NCBI GenBank assembly: GCA_018812925.1
Contig: JAHJCU010000004.1
Location: forward strand, 101,621-165,620
Length of the DNA stretch: 64,000 bases
Origin: Candidatus Omnitrophota bacterium
GTDB lineage: Bacteria > CAIJMQ01
Reading direction: 5' to 3'
In this document: in pieces, positions 9,045 through 19,298 of the stretch
Numbering within the stretch: position 1 is the first letter of the stretch
Layout of the letters: every line of letters begins with the position of its first letter
Position numbers and translations under genes: made by a program
Notes under the pieces: generated by a model
The model's input: only the letters and a program-made list of their open reading frames with translations
Databases searched by the model: none
What the model was told of the DNA's origin: nothing

Positions 9045-10277
9045 CTATTTTCCCAGTGACAATTTATATATTCTCACAATATCGTTTTCCTTAACTTCCA
9101 CTGGGTTGGATTCTATAGGTCCTTGCCCGGTTACCATCGCGCTTTTTACCATATTATTTATACTGCCCGGGTCAACTCCCAATTCTTGCAGCCCTTTATC
9201 CATACCTATTTTTTTTAGTAGTTCTTTTACGGCTTCTACCGATTTCATTGCCTCGTATTTATTTGTTCCAAATGCTCTCTTGCCCATTGCTCCTGATGCA
9301 AGACAATATTTCTGCAAGGTAGTATTGTCACCGTTTTCGATATTGAACTGCATGATGTGAGGGGTTAAGGCAGCAAGTGCGGCGCCGTGTGAAATATTAG
9401 GATAATAAGCGCTGATTGGATGAGACATTGCGTGAGGCAATACAACACGCGAGGTGGTTATCACAAATCCTGCATATGTATCAGCCAAAGCCATTGCGCC
9501 TCTACTTCTTATGTTATCACCGTTTCTATAAGTATCTGTTAAGTAATTGAATACCAGTTCGATACCTTTCAAAGCCATTTCTTCCGTAATGGGATTGCAA
9601 TTTTTTGAAACCAGCCCTTCAAGACAATGTGTTAATACATCAACGCCGCATTCGGCAGTTAAAGCAGGCGGCATATTCGTTAAAATTTCCAAATCCACAA
9701 CGGAAAGTTTTGGGAAAATATGCTGTGAATATATTCCCATCTTTTGTTTAAGCTCAAGATTAGTTATTACGGAAAATCGCGTTACATGAGAACCTGTTCC
9801 CGAACTTGAAGTTATTGCTACTATGGGAAGTGTTTTTGATGTTATAGGTAGCGGAGTACTTTGAGATGGTGAAAAAGCCCATATTGATTGGAATTCTCCC
9901 TGCCCTGAACCAGAACAAGTTCGGTTCAGGGTGGAGCTATGACCTGCGACTATGGCTATAGCTTTTGCGGCATCTATACTTGAACCGCCGCCAAGACCAA
10001 TAATCACATTGCATTTATTTTCCAAAGCAACTTTTGCGCCTTCATCTACTAATTCTGTTGTGGGATTAGGTGTAATTTTGTTGAAAACAGTTACTTTTAT
10101 TACGTGATTTTTCAGATGGTCAATTATTTTTTGAGTAAAACCCAACTGATCCATACTGTTTCTGCCTGTTACTAATAGAACATTATCTCCAAGTTTTTTT
10201 ACTTCTTCGGATATTTTAACCGATACGCCTTTCCCAAAAAGCAGATTTACTTTTGGCAGTTCAAAATTGAAATCCAT
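9045..10277 (-). CDS. Iron-containing alcohol dehydrogenase family protein
   Basis: GGGSSIDAAKAIA motif and His-rich metal site region; GGAGG Shine-Dalgarno upstream of the ATG. Confidence 0.8.
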   Translation of the reverse strand: MDFNFELPKVNLLFGKGVSVKISEEVKKLGDNVLLVTGRNSMDQLGFTQKIIDHLKNHVIKVTVFNKITPNPTTELVDEGAKVALENKCNVIIGLGGGSSIDAAKAIAIVAGHSSTLNRTCSGSGQGEFQSIWAFSPSQSTPLPITSKTLPIVAITSSSGTGSHVTRFSVITNLELKQKMGIYSQHIFPKLSVVDLEILTNMPPALTAECGVDVLTHCLEGLVSKNCNPITEEMALKGIELVFNYLTDTYRNGDNIRSRGAMALADTYAGFVITTSRVVLPHAMSHPISAYYPNISHGAALAALTPHIMQFNIENGDNTTLQKYCLASGAMGKRAFGTNKYEAMKSVEAVKELLKKIGMDKGLQELGVDPGSINNMVKSAMVTGQGPIESNPVEVKENDIVRIYKLSLGK

Positions 10278-10432
10278 AATATTTTCCTCCGTCTAAGATA
10301 GTCGATAGTGTTTAGTAAATAGTTTACAGTGTATAGCGCATGGTTTTGGGATACTTTCTACTATCAACTATACCCTATAGACTATAAACTGTTTTTTGTA
10401 TTTTCATCTATTTTTCTCTTTAGGTCAAATTT

Positions 10433-10440
10433 TGTATAAT
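10433..10440 (+). promoter_or_regulatory. Sigma-70-type extended -10 element (TGTATAAT) upstream of transaldolase
   Basis: TG directly 5' of TATAAT, about 30 nt before the GGGGAGGAG ribosome-binding site. Confidence 0.4.
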
Positions 10441-10469
10441 AAAAAACTTTAAAATCCGGGGAGGAGAAA

Positions 10470-11546
10470 ATTACTAAATTACATGAACTAAAAAAAGCTG
10501 GGCAGTCTGCGTGGTATGACAATATTACAAGACAACTTCTTCTTTCAGGAGAGCTGGATAAACTTATATCTAGCGGTATTTTGGGGTTAACTTCAAATCC
10601 CACTATTTTTCAAAAAGCTTTAACATCTCCGGCATACAAAAAACAATTGGATGAATTAAAATCCAAAAAAATTAGCGTAATTGAGGCGTATGAAAAATTA
10701 GTTTTCAAAGATATATTGGATGCGGCAAAATGTTTTGATGGTGTTTATAAGACAAGTAACGGCGAAGATGGATATGTAAGCATTGAGGTGTCTCCGCAAT
10801 ATGCCTATGACACTCTTAAGACAATAGAAGAAGCAAAACGAACTTTTACGGTTTTGGACAGACCCAACATAATGATAAAGATTCCTGCTACTAAGGAGGG
10901 GATTCCGGCAATAAAAGAAGTTATTGCTTCGGGTATAAATGTAAACGCAACATTGATATTCTCCGTAGAACAATACGAAAAAACGGCTAATGCGTATATA
11001 GAAGGTCTCCAGAAACGCGCATCGGAAGGTAGGGATTTATCAAATATTCATTCTGTAGCAAGCGTATTTATATCCAGAGTTGATACTGATATTGATAAGG
11101 GTTTAGATGCAAAAGGAAATACAGCACTAAGAGGGCTTGCGGCTGTCGCTAATGCAAAGGTAATTTATGCAAAATTCAAAGAAATTTTTTACAGCGAAAG
11201 ATTCGAGAAACTAAAGAAGAAAGGCGCAAATATGCAAAGACCGCTTTGGGCTTCTACTTCTTCTAAAGACCCTGCTTATTCAAAAGTTAAATATGTTGAA
11301 GAATTAATAGGTTCCGAAACGGTAAATACTATGCCTGAAGAAACGGTTAAGACTTTCCTTCAATCCGGCAATATTAAAGTTGTTGTGGAAGAAAACTTAG
11401 AAGATGCAAAAAAAATAATTAAGAGTTTAAATGAGGAAGGTATAAATATCGATTTAGTGTGCAAAAAACTACAAGCTGAAGGAGTCAAGAAATTTGTTGA
11501 ATCATTTGAATTGCTTTTAGATTCAATCTCTAAAAATATTTTATAG
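10470..11546 (+). CDS. tal: Transaldolase; N-terminus extends upstream of the track start, start codon uncertain (possibly ATT at 10470)
   Basis: Conserved motifs GQSAWYDNITRQLL and LGLTSNPTIF; the first lies upstream of TTG 10581 in a frame open to 10443 that has no ATG/GTG/TTG. Confidence 0.7.
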   Translation: MTKLHELKKAGQSAWYDNITRQLLLSGELDKLISSGILGLTSNPTIFQKALTSPAYKKQLDELKSKKISVIEAYEKLVFKDILDAAKCFDGVYKTSNGEDGYVSIEVSPQYAYDTLKTIEEAKRTFTVLDRPNIMIKIPATKEGIPAIKEVIASGINVNATLIFSVEQYEKTANAYIEGLQKRASEGRDLSNIHSVASVFISRVDTDIDKGLDAKGNTALRGLAAVANAKVIYAKFKEIFYSERFEKLKKKGANMQRPLWASTSSKDPAYSKVKYVEELIGSETVNTMPEETVKTFLQSGNIKVVVEENLEDAKKIIKSLNEEGINIDLVCKKLQAEGVKKFVESFELLLDSISKNIL

Positions 11547-11811
11547 AAAAATCTTTAAATTCACCCGTATATTCTTCCCGGGCAACCTCTACATTTTCTA
11601 CCGATGCGCCTGATGGACCATGACGCGACCATTCTATGACCTTTTCTACATTTTCTTTGTTTCCTTCTAATACTGCTTCCACTTTTCCATCAGCTCGATT
11701 TTTTGCCCAACCTACAACATCACAATTAGAAGCTATCTGATACATAGTATAGCGAAAAAATACTCCCTGAACTTTACCTGAGATAATTAAATGTACTCTT
11801 GTTTTTGTCAT
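11530..11811 (-). CDS. acyP: Acylphosphatase
   Basis: 93 aa; VQGVFFR and GWAKN motifs. Confidence 0.8.
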   Translation of the reverse strand: MTKTRVHLIISGKVQGVFFRYTMYQIASNCDVVGWAKNRADGKVEAVLEGNKENVEKVIEWSRHGPSGASVENVEVAREEYTGEFKDFSIKYF

Positions 11812-11877
11812 TTTAATTTCCGATTCACAATATAAATGATTTTGCCATACTAACTCAATTATTATACAATAATCAAA

Positions 11878-13074
11878 ATGAAAAACATTTCACCCGATAC
11901 GCAAGGACACTGGGGAAAATTCGGAGGCAAGTTTGTTTCCGAGACCCTTATGTGCGCGCTTGAAGAATTATCTTCTGCCTATAACGAAGCTATTAAAGAT
12001 AAAAATTTTAAACAAGATTTGAATAATTGTCTTAAGCAATATGCAGGCAGACCTACCCCGCTTTACTACGCAGAAAGATTCAGTAAAAAAACAGGAGTCA
12101 GGGTTTATCTAAAAAGAGAAGACCTTCTGCATACCGGCGCTCATAAAATAAACAATACGATCGGTCAGGCGTTTTTAGCTAAAAGAATGGGCAAAAAACG
12201 GCTGATTGCCGAAACAGGAGCAGGACAGCATGGGGTAGCCACTGCTACCGTTGCGGCTTTATTGGGTATGCCTTGTGATGTATATATGGGAGAAGATGAT
12301 ATAAAAAGACAAAAACTTAATGTATTTAAAATGAAGCTCTTAGGGACGAAAGTTATTCCCGTAAAAACAGGAAGTAAAACCTTGAAAGATGCCATCAATG
12401 AAGCCTTAAGAGATTGGGTAACCAATGTAAAAACCACTTATTACCTTTTAGGTTCTGTGGTTGGACCGCATCCGTATCCTGTTATTGTCCGTGATTTTCA
12501 GTCGGTAATAGGAGAAGAAACGAAAAGACAAATACGAAAACTTGAAGGAAGATTACCTGATTATGTTGTAGCGTGTGTTGGCGGCGGTAGTAATTCAATG
12601 GGTATGTTTTATCCTTTCATAAAAGAAAGAAAAGTTAAACTTATAGGAGTAGAAGCAGGAGGACTTGGTCTTGCATCGGGCAAACACGGAGCTTCCTTAT
12701 GTAAAGGCACCGAAGGTGTCCTTCATGGCGCACGAACTTATATATTGCAGGATAAAGACGGACAAATAGCTTCAACACATTCTGTAGCGCCCGGGCTTGA
12801 TTATTCCGGTGTTGGACCTGAACATGCGCACTTAAAACAAACAGGTAGAACTTCCTATTATACGGTGAAAGATAAAGACGCAATGGATGCGTTCTTTATG
12901 CTTTCGCATCTTGAGGGAATACTTCCTGCATTAGAATCATCTCATGCAATAGCTTGGGTTAAGAATTTCGCGATCAATTTTAAAAAGAATGATTTAGTTG
13001 TTGTTAACCTTTCCGGTCGCGGCGATAAAGATGTCGATATTGTGGAAGATTATATTAACCCCGTTAGAAATTAA
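11878..13074 (+). CDS. trpB: Tryptophan synthase beta chain
   Basis: [12 protein letters not shown]-lysine motif, GGGSNSMG, 398 aa. Confidence 0.9.
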   Translation: MKNISPDTQGHWGKFGGKFVSETLMCALEELSSAYNEAIKDKNFKQDLNNCLKQYAGRPTPLYYAERFSKKTGVRVYLKREDLLHTGAHKINNTIGQAFLAKRMGKKRLIAETGAGQHGVATATVAALLGMPCDVYMGEDDIKRQKLNVFKMKLLGTKVIPVKTGSKTLKDAINEALRDWVTNVKTTYYLLGSVVGPHPYPVIVRDFQSVIGEETKRQIRKLEGRLPDYVVACVGGGSNSMGMFYPFIKERKVKLIGVEAGGLGLASGKHGASLCKGTEGVLHGARTYILQDKDGQIASTHSVAPGLDYSGVGPEHAHLKQTGRTSYYTVKDKDAMDAFFMLSHLEGILPALESSHAIAWVKNFAINFKKNDLVVVNLSGRGDKDVDIVEDYINPVRN

Positions 13075-13190
13075 ATAAAATATATTGCATATATTACTAA
13101 CAGGGTGGAAAAGTTTACAGATAACAAGTTGGTTCAAGTTGTAATTTGCGGTCGCCAATAGATACAATGGCGACCTATCTCTAACGGGGT
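13058..13190 (+). promoter_or_regulatory. Nested inverted repeats spanning the trpB-trpA junction: 11-bp long-range stem around an inner 8-bp hairpin
   Basis: ACCCCGTTAGA (13058-13068, across the last trpB codons) is the reverse complement of TCTAACGGGGT (13180-13190, just 5' of the trpA SD); inner hairpin GGTCGCCA-N10-TGGCGACC at 13150-13175. Confidence 0.5.
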
Positions 13191-13201
13191 AAAGGAAGAT
13201 A

Positions 13202-14002
13202 ATGAATAGAATAGAAAGTAAATGGAAAGAACTTAAGAAAAAGGGTCTTAAGGCATTTATCGCATTTATTACGGCGGGTGACCCTTGCTTAGAAGATACC
13301 TATAAAATTGTTTTGGAAATGGAGAGACAGGGGGCAGATATTATTGAGTTAGGCATCCCCTTCTCCGACCCTATTGCGGATGGTCCCGTAATTCAAGCTT
13401 CTTCTAATAGAGCCTTGGAGAAAAGAACAAATTTAAATAAAATCTTACTCTTAGTTAAAGACTTAAGAAAAAAGACCGATATCCCGATTGTCTTTTTGTC
13501 ATACTATAATCCCATTTTCCATTATGGTATTGAGAAGTTCGTTGAGGATGCTGTAAAATCGGGTGTTGACGGAGTTATAGTGGCAGACCTGCCGCCTGAA
13601 GAAGCAAAAGAAATAAAAATATTCTCCTCCAAAAAAGGACTTGATACGATTTTCTTGGCAGCACCTACATCTTTAAAAGAAAGATTGCATAAAATAGCAG
13701 AAGCCTCTACCGGATTTATCTATTGTGTTTCTGTTGCAGGAGTCACTGGGGCAAGAAATTCATTAGCACAGAGTTTAAAGAGAAGAGTTGTGGATATTAA
13801 AAAACTTACAGATAGACCCGTAGCAGTAGGTTTTGGTATATCTAATATTCAAACTGCGAAGTGGGTTGCTTCTTTTGCCGATGGCGTAATTGTAGGAAGC
13901 GCAATCGTAAAGGTTATTCAGGATAATTTAGAAAAAAAAGACTTAATTAGTAAAGTTGGTAAATTAGTTAAAGATTTAGCTTCAGCAATCCATAAAGCGT
14001 AA
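13202..14002 (+). CDS. trpA: Tryptophan synthase alpha chain
   Basis: GIPFSDPIADGPVIQ motif, 266 aa. Confidence 0.9.
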   Translation: MNRIESKWKELKKKGLKAFIAFITAGDPCLEDTYKIVLEMERQGADIIELGIPFSDPIADGPVIQASSNRALEKRTNLNKILLLVKDLRKKTDIPIVFLSYYNPIFHYGIEKFVEDAVKSGVDGVIVADLPPEEAKEIKIFSSKKGLDTIFLAAPTSLKERLHKIAEASTGFIYCVSVAGVTGARNSLAQSLKRRVVDIKKLTDRPVAVGFGISNIQTAKWVASFADGVIVGSAIVKVIQDNLEKKDLISKVGKLVKDLASAIHKA

Positions 14003-14010
14003 CTTGGTGT

Positions 14011-15141
14011 ATGATAAAAATATGTCGCATAGCTTATCTCATCACAGAACTTAATATTGGCGGCGCTGAGAATTCTCTATATCAATTAGTAACCCATCTT
14101 AATTCTAAAAGATTCTCTCCTGTAGTTTACTCATTAAGCGGTGAAGGTAAAATTGCAGATAAATTAAGAGATAAAGGTATAGAGGTAATATGTCTTGGCG
14201 CAAAAAATAAATTTGATATCACGGTTTTATTTAAACTGATAAAACTTCTTCACCGCAAAAAGCCATATATCCTCCATACCTATCTTTTCCATGCTAACTT
14301 CATGGGAAGAATCGCAGGCTGTATTGCGGGTATCCCTATTATAATTTCTTCAGTAAGAGTTGCAGAAAAAGAGAAAAATCATCATTTATATTTAGATACG
14401 TTTACACAATGGATGATAAACAAAGAAATATGTGTGTCAAAGGAAGTAGAAAAATTTATGCAGAGGAAAGCAAAGATTTTCCCTTCAAAACTTACAACAA
14501 TTTATAACGGCATAAATACTTCCGATTTTTATTTACTTAATGATAAAGAAAAAAATAAAAAGAAAGAAGAGCTATCCATCTCTGGGTTCAATCTAATTAT
14601 TGGAACGGTTGCCAGACTTACAAACCAGAAAGGAATAAAATATCTTCTTAAAGCATTTCAGCTCGTTTTAAAAGATTTTCCAAAAAGTTGTCTTTTGATA
14701 GTAGGACATGGTCCTCAAGAAAAAAAATTAAAAGAATTGGCTTTGGAATTGGATATCGCTTCTTCAGTTAAATTTCTGGGTTTTAGAGAAGATGCGATGA
14801 AAATCATTAATATAATGGACGTGTTTGTTCTGCCTTCGCTTTGGGAAGGTATGCCTAATGTGGTTCTTGAAGCGTACGCTTTGGGTAAACCTGTAATAGC
14901 AACGCAAGTGGATGGGGCCAAAGAAATAATTCAGGATAACAAAACGGGTTTTTTAGTTCCTCCCCGTGATTGGAAAAATTTAGCTAACGCTATAAAATTA
15001 CTTCTTAAAAACCAAAAAACAAGAGAAAAATTTGGGAAAAAAGGCAAAGAATTTGTAGCCCAAAATTTTTCTTTGGATAGAATGGTAAAAGATACCGAAA
15101 AACTTTATAAACAGTTAATTTCTCAAATATTACTAAAATAA
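14011..15141 (+). CDS. Glycosyltransferase family 4
   Basis: GT-B C-terminal signature EGMPNVVLEAYALGKPVIAT. Confidence 0.8.
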   Translation: MIKICRIAYLITELNIGGAENSLYQLVTHLNSKRFSPVVYSLSGEGKIADKLRDKGIEVICLGAKNKFDITVLFKLIKLLHRKKPYILHTYLFHANFMGRIAGCIAGIPIIISSVRVAEKEKNHHLYLDTFTQWMINKEICVSKEVEKFMQRKAKIFPSKLTTIYNGINTSDFYLLNDKEKNKKKEELSISGFNLIIGTVARLTNQKGIKYLLKAFQLVLKDFPKSCLLIVGHGPQEKKLKELALELDIASSVKFLGFREDAMKIINIMDVFVLPSLWEGMPNVVLEAYALGKPVIATQVDGAKEIIQDNKTGFLVPPRDWKNLANAIKLLLKNQKTREKFGKKGKEFVAQNFSLDRMVKDTEKLYKQLISQILLK

Positions 15142-15160
15142 TTTTTATAATAAGAATGTC

Positions 15161-16123
15161 ATGAATATCAAATTCTATATTGCTTTGGCAAAAGGAATAA
15201 TCGCGGGTTATATTCCTGCCGGATTATATAGACTTGTCTCTAAAGGCACTGGGGGAACAATTTCTGCGCGATATAGTTATTCTATATGGTTGAGACATCT
15301 TGTAATGGCTTACAAAAATAATCTCCCAACTCAACCCGATACTATCGCAGAACTTGGGCCTGGAGATTCTTTAGGCATTGGGTTGGCGGCATTAATATCA
15401 GGAGTGAATAAATATTATGCTTTTGATGTTATTAAATATGCCGATAACCAAAGAAATATTAAAATTTTTGATGACTTGATAGTTCTATTTAGGAAACGCG
15501 AAAAAATCCCGGATGAAACCGAATTTCCAGAAATCAAGCCATACCTTGAATCATATGAGTTTCCAACCCATATCTTAAGTGATGACCATCTTAATTTAAT
15601 GTTGAAAAACGATAGAATCAAATCTATAAAAAACGCGCTTTTAAATACAGGGAAAACTCATAGCGATAAAATACAAATATCCTATTTTGTTCCTTGGCAT
15701 AATTCAAATATAATAAAAGAAGCTTCAGTTGACATGATATACTCCCAAGCAGTATTGGAACACGTTGAATATCTTGAATATATATATGAGACATTATATC
15801 GTTGGCTAAAGCCGGGAGGTTTTATGTCCCATCAAATTGATTTCAAATCTCATGGATTAGCAAGTGAATGGAATGGGCACTGGACATATTCAGATTTTGC
15901 GTGGAAAATAATGAGAGGGAAAAGGTCTTATCTGTTAAATAGAGAGCCTCATTCAAAGCATATTGAACTTATACATAAAGCAGGTTTTGAGATTATTTGT
16001 GATATACAATACAAAAATAAATCGAGAATTCAAAAAAAATACCTTAAATCAAAATTCAAGTACCTCTCTGATGATGATTTAACTACAACAGGAGCCTTTA
16101 TTCAAGCCGTAAAGAAAAGATAA
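15161..16123 (+). CDS. Putative class I SAM-dependent methyltransferase
   Basis: Motif I-like ELGPGDSLG, acidic beta-2 end, WLKPGGF post-II motif. Confidence 0.5.
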   Translation: MNIKFYIALAKGIIAGYIPAGLYRLVSKGTGGTISARYSYSIWLRHLVMAYKNNLPTQPDTIAELGPGDSLGIGLAALISGVNKYYAFDVIKYADNQRNIKIFDDLIVLFRKREKIPDETEFPEIKPYLESYEFPTHILSDDHLNLMLKNDRIKSIKNALLNTGKTHSDKIQISYFVPWHNSNIIKEASVDMIYSQAVLEHVEYLEYIYETLYRWLKPGGFMSHQIDFKSHGLASEWNGHWTYSDFAWKIMRGKRSYLLNREPHSKHIELIHKAGFEIICDIQYKNKSRIQKKYLKSKFKYLSDDDLTTTGAFIQAVKKR

Positions 16124-16254
16124 TAGAGAATGGGAAATACCTACTTTAGAGATAGTCAGTAGGAAAAATAATAAACTAGATAATAAACCTTTACTTTAAT
16201 AGGTTGAATGTTTAATCATGAGAGATTCATAATAAATAAAGAAAAATAAAATTT

Positions 16255-17718
16255 ATGGATATTCTACTAGTAAATCCAGATAGCCAAAGAGTTAACAATT
16301 TCCCTTTAGGGATATTAGCTATCGGGAGTTACCTAAAGAAATTTACCAATTATTCTGTAGAGCTTTTGGACCAAAGTGTATTTATAGATTCCCAAGCATT
16401 TACCGAATCTCTAATTGAGCAATGTAAAAAGACATCCCTAGTAGGAATTAGTTTCATGACAACCCAAGCCTATTTGGCAAGGGATATAATACAAACTATC
16501 AAAAAATACAATCCTCAATGCAAGATTATAACAGGAGGCCCTCACTCTATTTTATACCCGGAACAAACTATCCGCTATCAGGATATTGATTTTGTAGCTT
16601 ATGGAGAAGGCGAAAAGACTGTAGCAAAGTTACTTGAGGTTTTAAGTGAAGAAAACAGGTATACAGAGGTCCTGGGTCTGGTATATAAAAATAATGGGAA
16701 AATTGTTAAGAATCCTCCAGCTTCTTTACTTGAATCAGAAGAAATGCCTAATATTTGCTATGAACTTCTTGATAAAAAAGTAATAGATTCAATGAGAGAT
16801 TATATCGAGGTTATCACTAGTAGAGGGTGTTCATATCATTGTACTTTTTGTATCAATAGCATCTGCAGTTTGAAATGGCGGGGTAAAAATGTAGACCAGA
16901 TTATTGACGAATTAGATAATATTGTTACAAAGTATAATCCTCGGACAATTTCTTTCCAAGATCAGGATTTTTTCCAATCTAAAGAGCGAACCTATAGATT
17001 AATTGAGAAGTTAATTGATAGAAAATTTTATTTCCAATGGCAAGCTGCTGTCCGAGCAAATTATTTTTCTCCCTCGTATATTAATAATGAAATGATCCCA
17101 AAGCTAAAAAAAAGTGGCTGTATCTGTTTGCAAGTTGGAGCTGAATCTGGATCTCAGAGGATTCTAAATAAGTTGAAAAAAGGAATTAAGATAGAGCAAA
17201 TTTTTACCATGGCTAAAGACTGCAAGGAAGCCAATATTGAGTGTGTTTTCTCTTTTATTATCGGATTTCCCCATGAAAAAAAATATGATTATTATTTAAC
17301 ACTAAAGTGCATTGATCAGCTTTTTAAAATGCTCCCTAATTGTACAATTATAGGACCACAGCCCTTGCGAATTTATCCGGGTGGAGAACTATATGAAGAA
17401 ATCAAGCAACTTGGGTACCAAGAACCTAAAAGTTTCGAAGAGTGGACTCAACGTAATCTGAAACAAAAATTTTCAGACTATCCTTTCCAAGTCGAGAACC
17501 ATCACTGGACAGAAGATTCAGACTTTATAAATTATCTACAAGTTTTCGTCCATTTAGTAAGTAGTAAATTTCTTCCCAGACAAAAATTAAAAAGATTGAT
17601 GATACTTCCCTTTCGTATTATAGCTAAGCTACGTTGGAGACTAAGTTTTTTTAATTATCCCTATGATGCAAAGTTTTATAATTTTATGCTTGGAGTTGTA
17701 CGAAAGATTAAAAAATAG
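16255..17718 (+). CDS. B12-binding domain radical SAM protein
   Basis: CSYHCTFC (CxxxCxxC) cluster motif preceded by an N-terminal B12-binding-like domain. Confidence 0.75.
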   Translation: MDILLVNPDSQRVNNFPLGILAIGSYLKKFTNYSVELLDQSVFIDSQAFTESLIEQCKKTSLVGISFMTTQAYLARDIIQTIKKYNPQCKIITGGPHSILYPEQTIRYQDIDFVAYGEGEKTVAKLLEVLSEENRYTEVLGLVYKNNGKIVKNPPASLLESEEMPNICYELLDKKVIDSMRDYIEVITSRGCSYHCTFCINSICSLKWRGKNVDQIIDELDNIVTKYNPRTISFQDQDFFQSKERTYRLIEKLIDRKFYFQWQAAVRANYFSPSYINNEMIPKLKKSGCICLQVGAESGSQRILNKLKKGIKIEQIFTMAKDCKEANIECVFSFIIGFPHEKKYDYYLTLKCIDQLFKMLPNCTIIGPQPLRIYPGGELYEEIKQLGYQEPKSFEEWTQRNLKQKFSDYPFQVENHHWTEDSDFINYLQVFVHLVSSKFLPRQKLKRLMILPFRIIAKLRWRLSFFNYPYDAKFYNFMLGVVRKIKK

Positions 17719-17738
17719 TTATTAAATTACTTACTTAG

Positions 17739-19295
17739 ATGAATGATACTTTAGAAAAAACAGAAAAATGGGGAATTCCCACTTTGGATAATGCTTTAAA
17801 ACATATAACAAAGAGTGGGTTTTTTATCTTTTTTGGTTCTGCTGTAGGAGGAGTAATAGGTTTTTTAACCAGAATATTAGTCATAAAAAATATTAGCGAG
17901 TCAGAATTTGGCGTTCTTTCTATTGCATTGGTGTTTTTGAGTTTAATTGTATGGTTATTTGCTGCAGGGTTAGTCGTGGGACTATCCAGATTGATTTCAT
18001 ATTATAAATCCAGGAATAATCTCGTTAAGGTAGAAACTATTGTCAGGACAGCAGTCTGGAGTTCTTTATGTATGGGGATAGGCATTTCTGTTATATTGCT
18101 TTTTATTGGGAGTAAAATCTTTCATCTTTTTTATTCCGCGAACCTTTTCCCCGTATTTGCCATCTTGGTTGGAGGTGTTCCTTTTCTTATATTTACCGCT
18201 CTTTGTATACAAATATTTTTGGGATTTGGCGTATCTGCGCCCAAAATTTATTTAGACCCTGCCAGTTCTTCTGCTATAAGATTGGCAACGGTTCTAATAG
18301 CAATATTTTTTAGTAACATTTTCGCAAAAGCAATATTTTTAAATATTATTTGGGCTTATTTTTTCTCTTTTCTGATAACAGGTTTAATCGCTTTATTTTA
18401 TACTGCAAAAAACCTTCCGCAATTCATAAAATTTAAGCTTATAGGAAATATGGATAAAGAAATTATTCTTTTTTCATTGCCGCTCCTTGGAGCGGTGATT
18501 TTTTCTTTCACGCTTGGCTGGACAGATACATTATTTATCGGATATTTCTATAGCCCAACTGAAGTAGGTATTTATAACGTTGCGTTTACACTGGCTAACA
18601 TAATCCCTTTTTTGTTGCTTGTTCCGATTGGTTATATCTATACCCCCATAGCCACGCAATACTACGCGGGGAATATGCTTACTAAAGTGAAAGATTTATA
18701 TTCTTCTCTCTCCCGATGGATTTTTGTTTTTACTATCATCCCCACTTTTGTTTTCCTATTATTCCCCAAGCAGGTATTAATTCTTTTCTTTGGTGAACGA
18801 TATATAAATGCTTCTTTTGCTCTGACTTTACTTACCGGCGGATTTTTAGTCCAAATAATTTTTGGACCCATTGTAGCCACTTTGATAGCTTTAGGGAAAA
18901 ATAAAACAATATTATCAGCTAATTTTATAGGCTTAGCAGCAAATATCTCTTTAAATTTTTTTCTTGTTCCTAAATTAGGAATTATAGGAGCAAGTTATGC
19001 GTGTCTGTTTTCTATCATACTTGTAAATGTTGCTTACTTTTTGCCTCTTTACTACAAAGACAAAATTTCACCTTTTAACAAAGATTATCTTAAAGTTATC
19101 CTCCTAGGAACAATTTCAATTTTGTTAGTCTATATTCCCGGTAAATTTTTGTTAAATATAAGCACTTGGATGTTGCCTGCGGTAATTCTTATATTTCTAT
19201 TGATTTTGGGGATATTATTTTTCTTAACTGATAGCATAACAGAAAATGATAAAATGCTTTGGGAAGCAATTGTGCAAAGATTTAAAGGAGATTGA
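17739..19295 (+). CDS. Polysaccharide flippase (Wzx/MOP superfamily)
   Basis: 518-aa polytopic membrane protein inside a glycosyltransferase cluster. Confidence 0.6.
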   Translation: MNDTLEKTEKWGIPTLDNALKHITKSGFFIFFGSAVGGVIGFLTRILVIKNISESEFGVLSIALVFLSLIVWLFAAGLVVGLSRLISYYKSRNNLVKVETIVRTAVWSSLCMGIGISVILLFIGSKIFHLFYSANLFPVFAILVGGVPFLIFTALCIQIFLGFGVSAPKIYLDPASSSAIRLATVLIAIFFSNIFAKAIFLNIIWAYFFSFLITGLIALFYTAKNLPQFIKFKLIGNMDKEIILFSLPLLGAVIFSFTLGWTDTLFIGYFYSPTEVGIYNVAFTLANIIPFLLLVPIGYIYTPIATQYYAGNMLTKVKDLYSSLSRWIFVFTIIPTFVFLLFPKQVLILFFGERYINASFALTLLTGGFLVQIIFGPIVATLIALGKNKTILSANFIGLAANISLNFFLVPKLGIIGASYACLFSIILVNVAYFLPLYYKDKISPFNKDYLKVILLGTISILLVYIPGKFLLNISTWMLPAVILIFLLILGILFFLTDSITENDKMLWEAIVQRFKGD

Positions 19296-19298
19296 AAA

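Noticed and set aside
16140-16163. Hairpin CCTACT-N12-AGTAGG between the methyltransferase and radical SAM genes as a terminator
   Set aside because: Short AT-containing stem followed by an A-rich rather than U-rich tract; more likely chance in AT-rich spacer.
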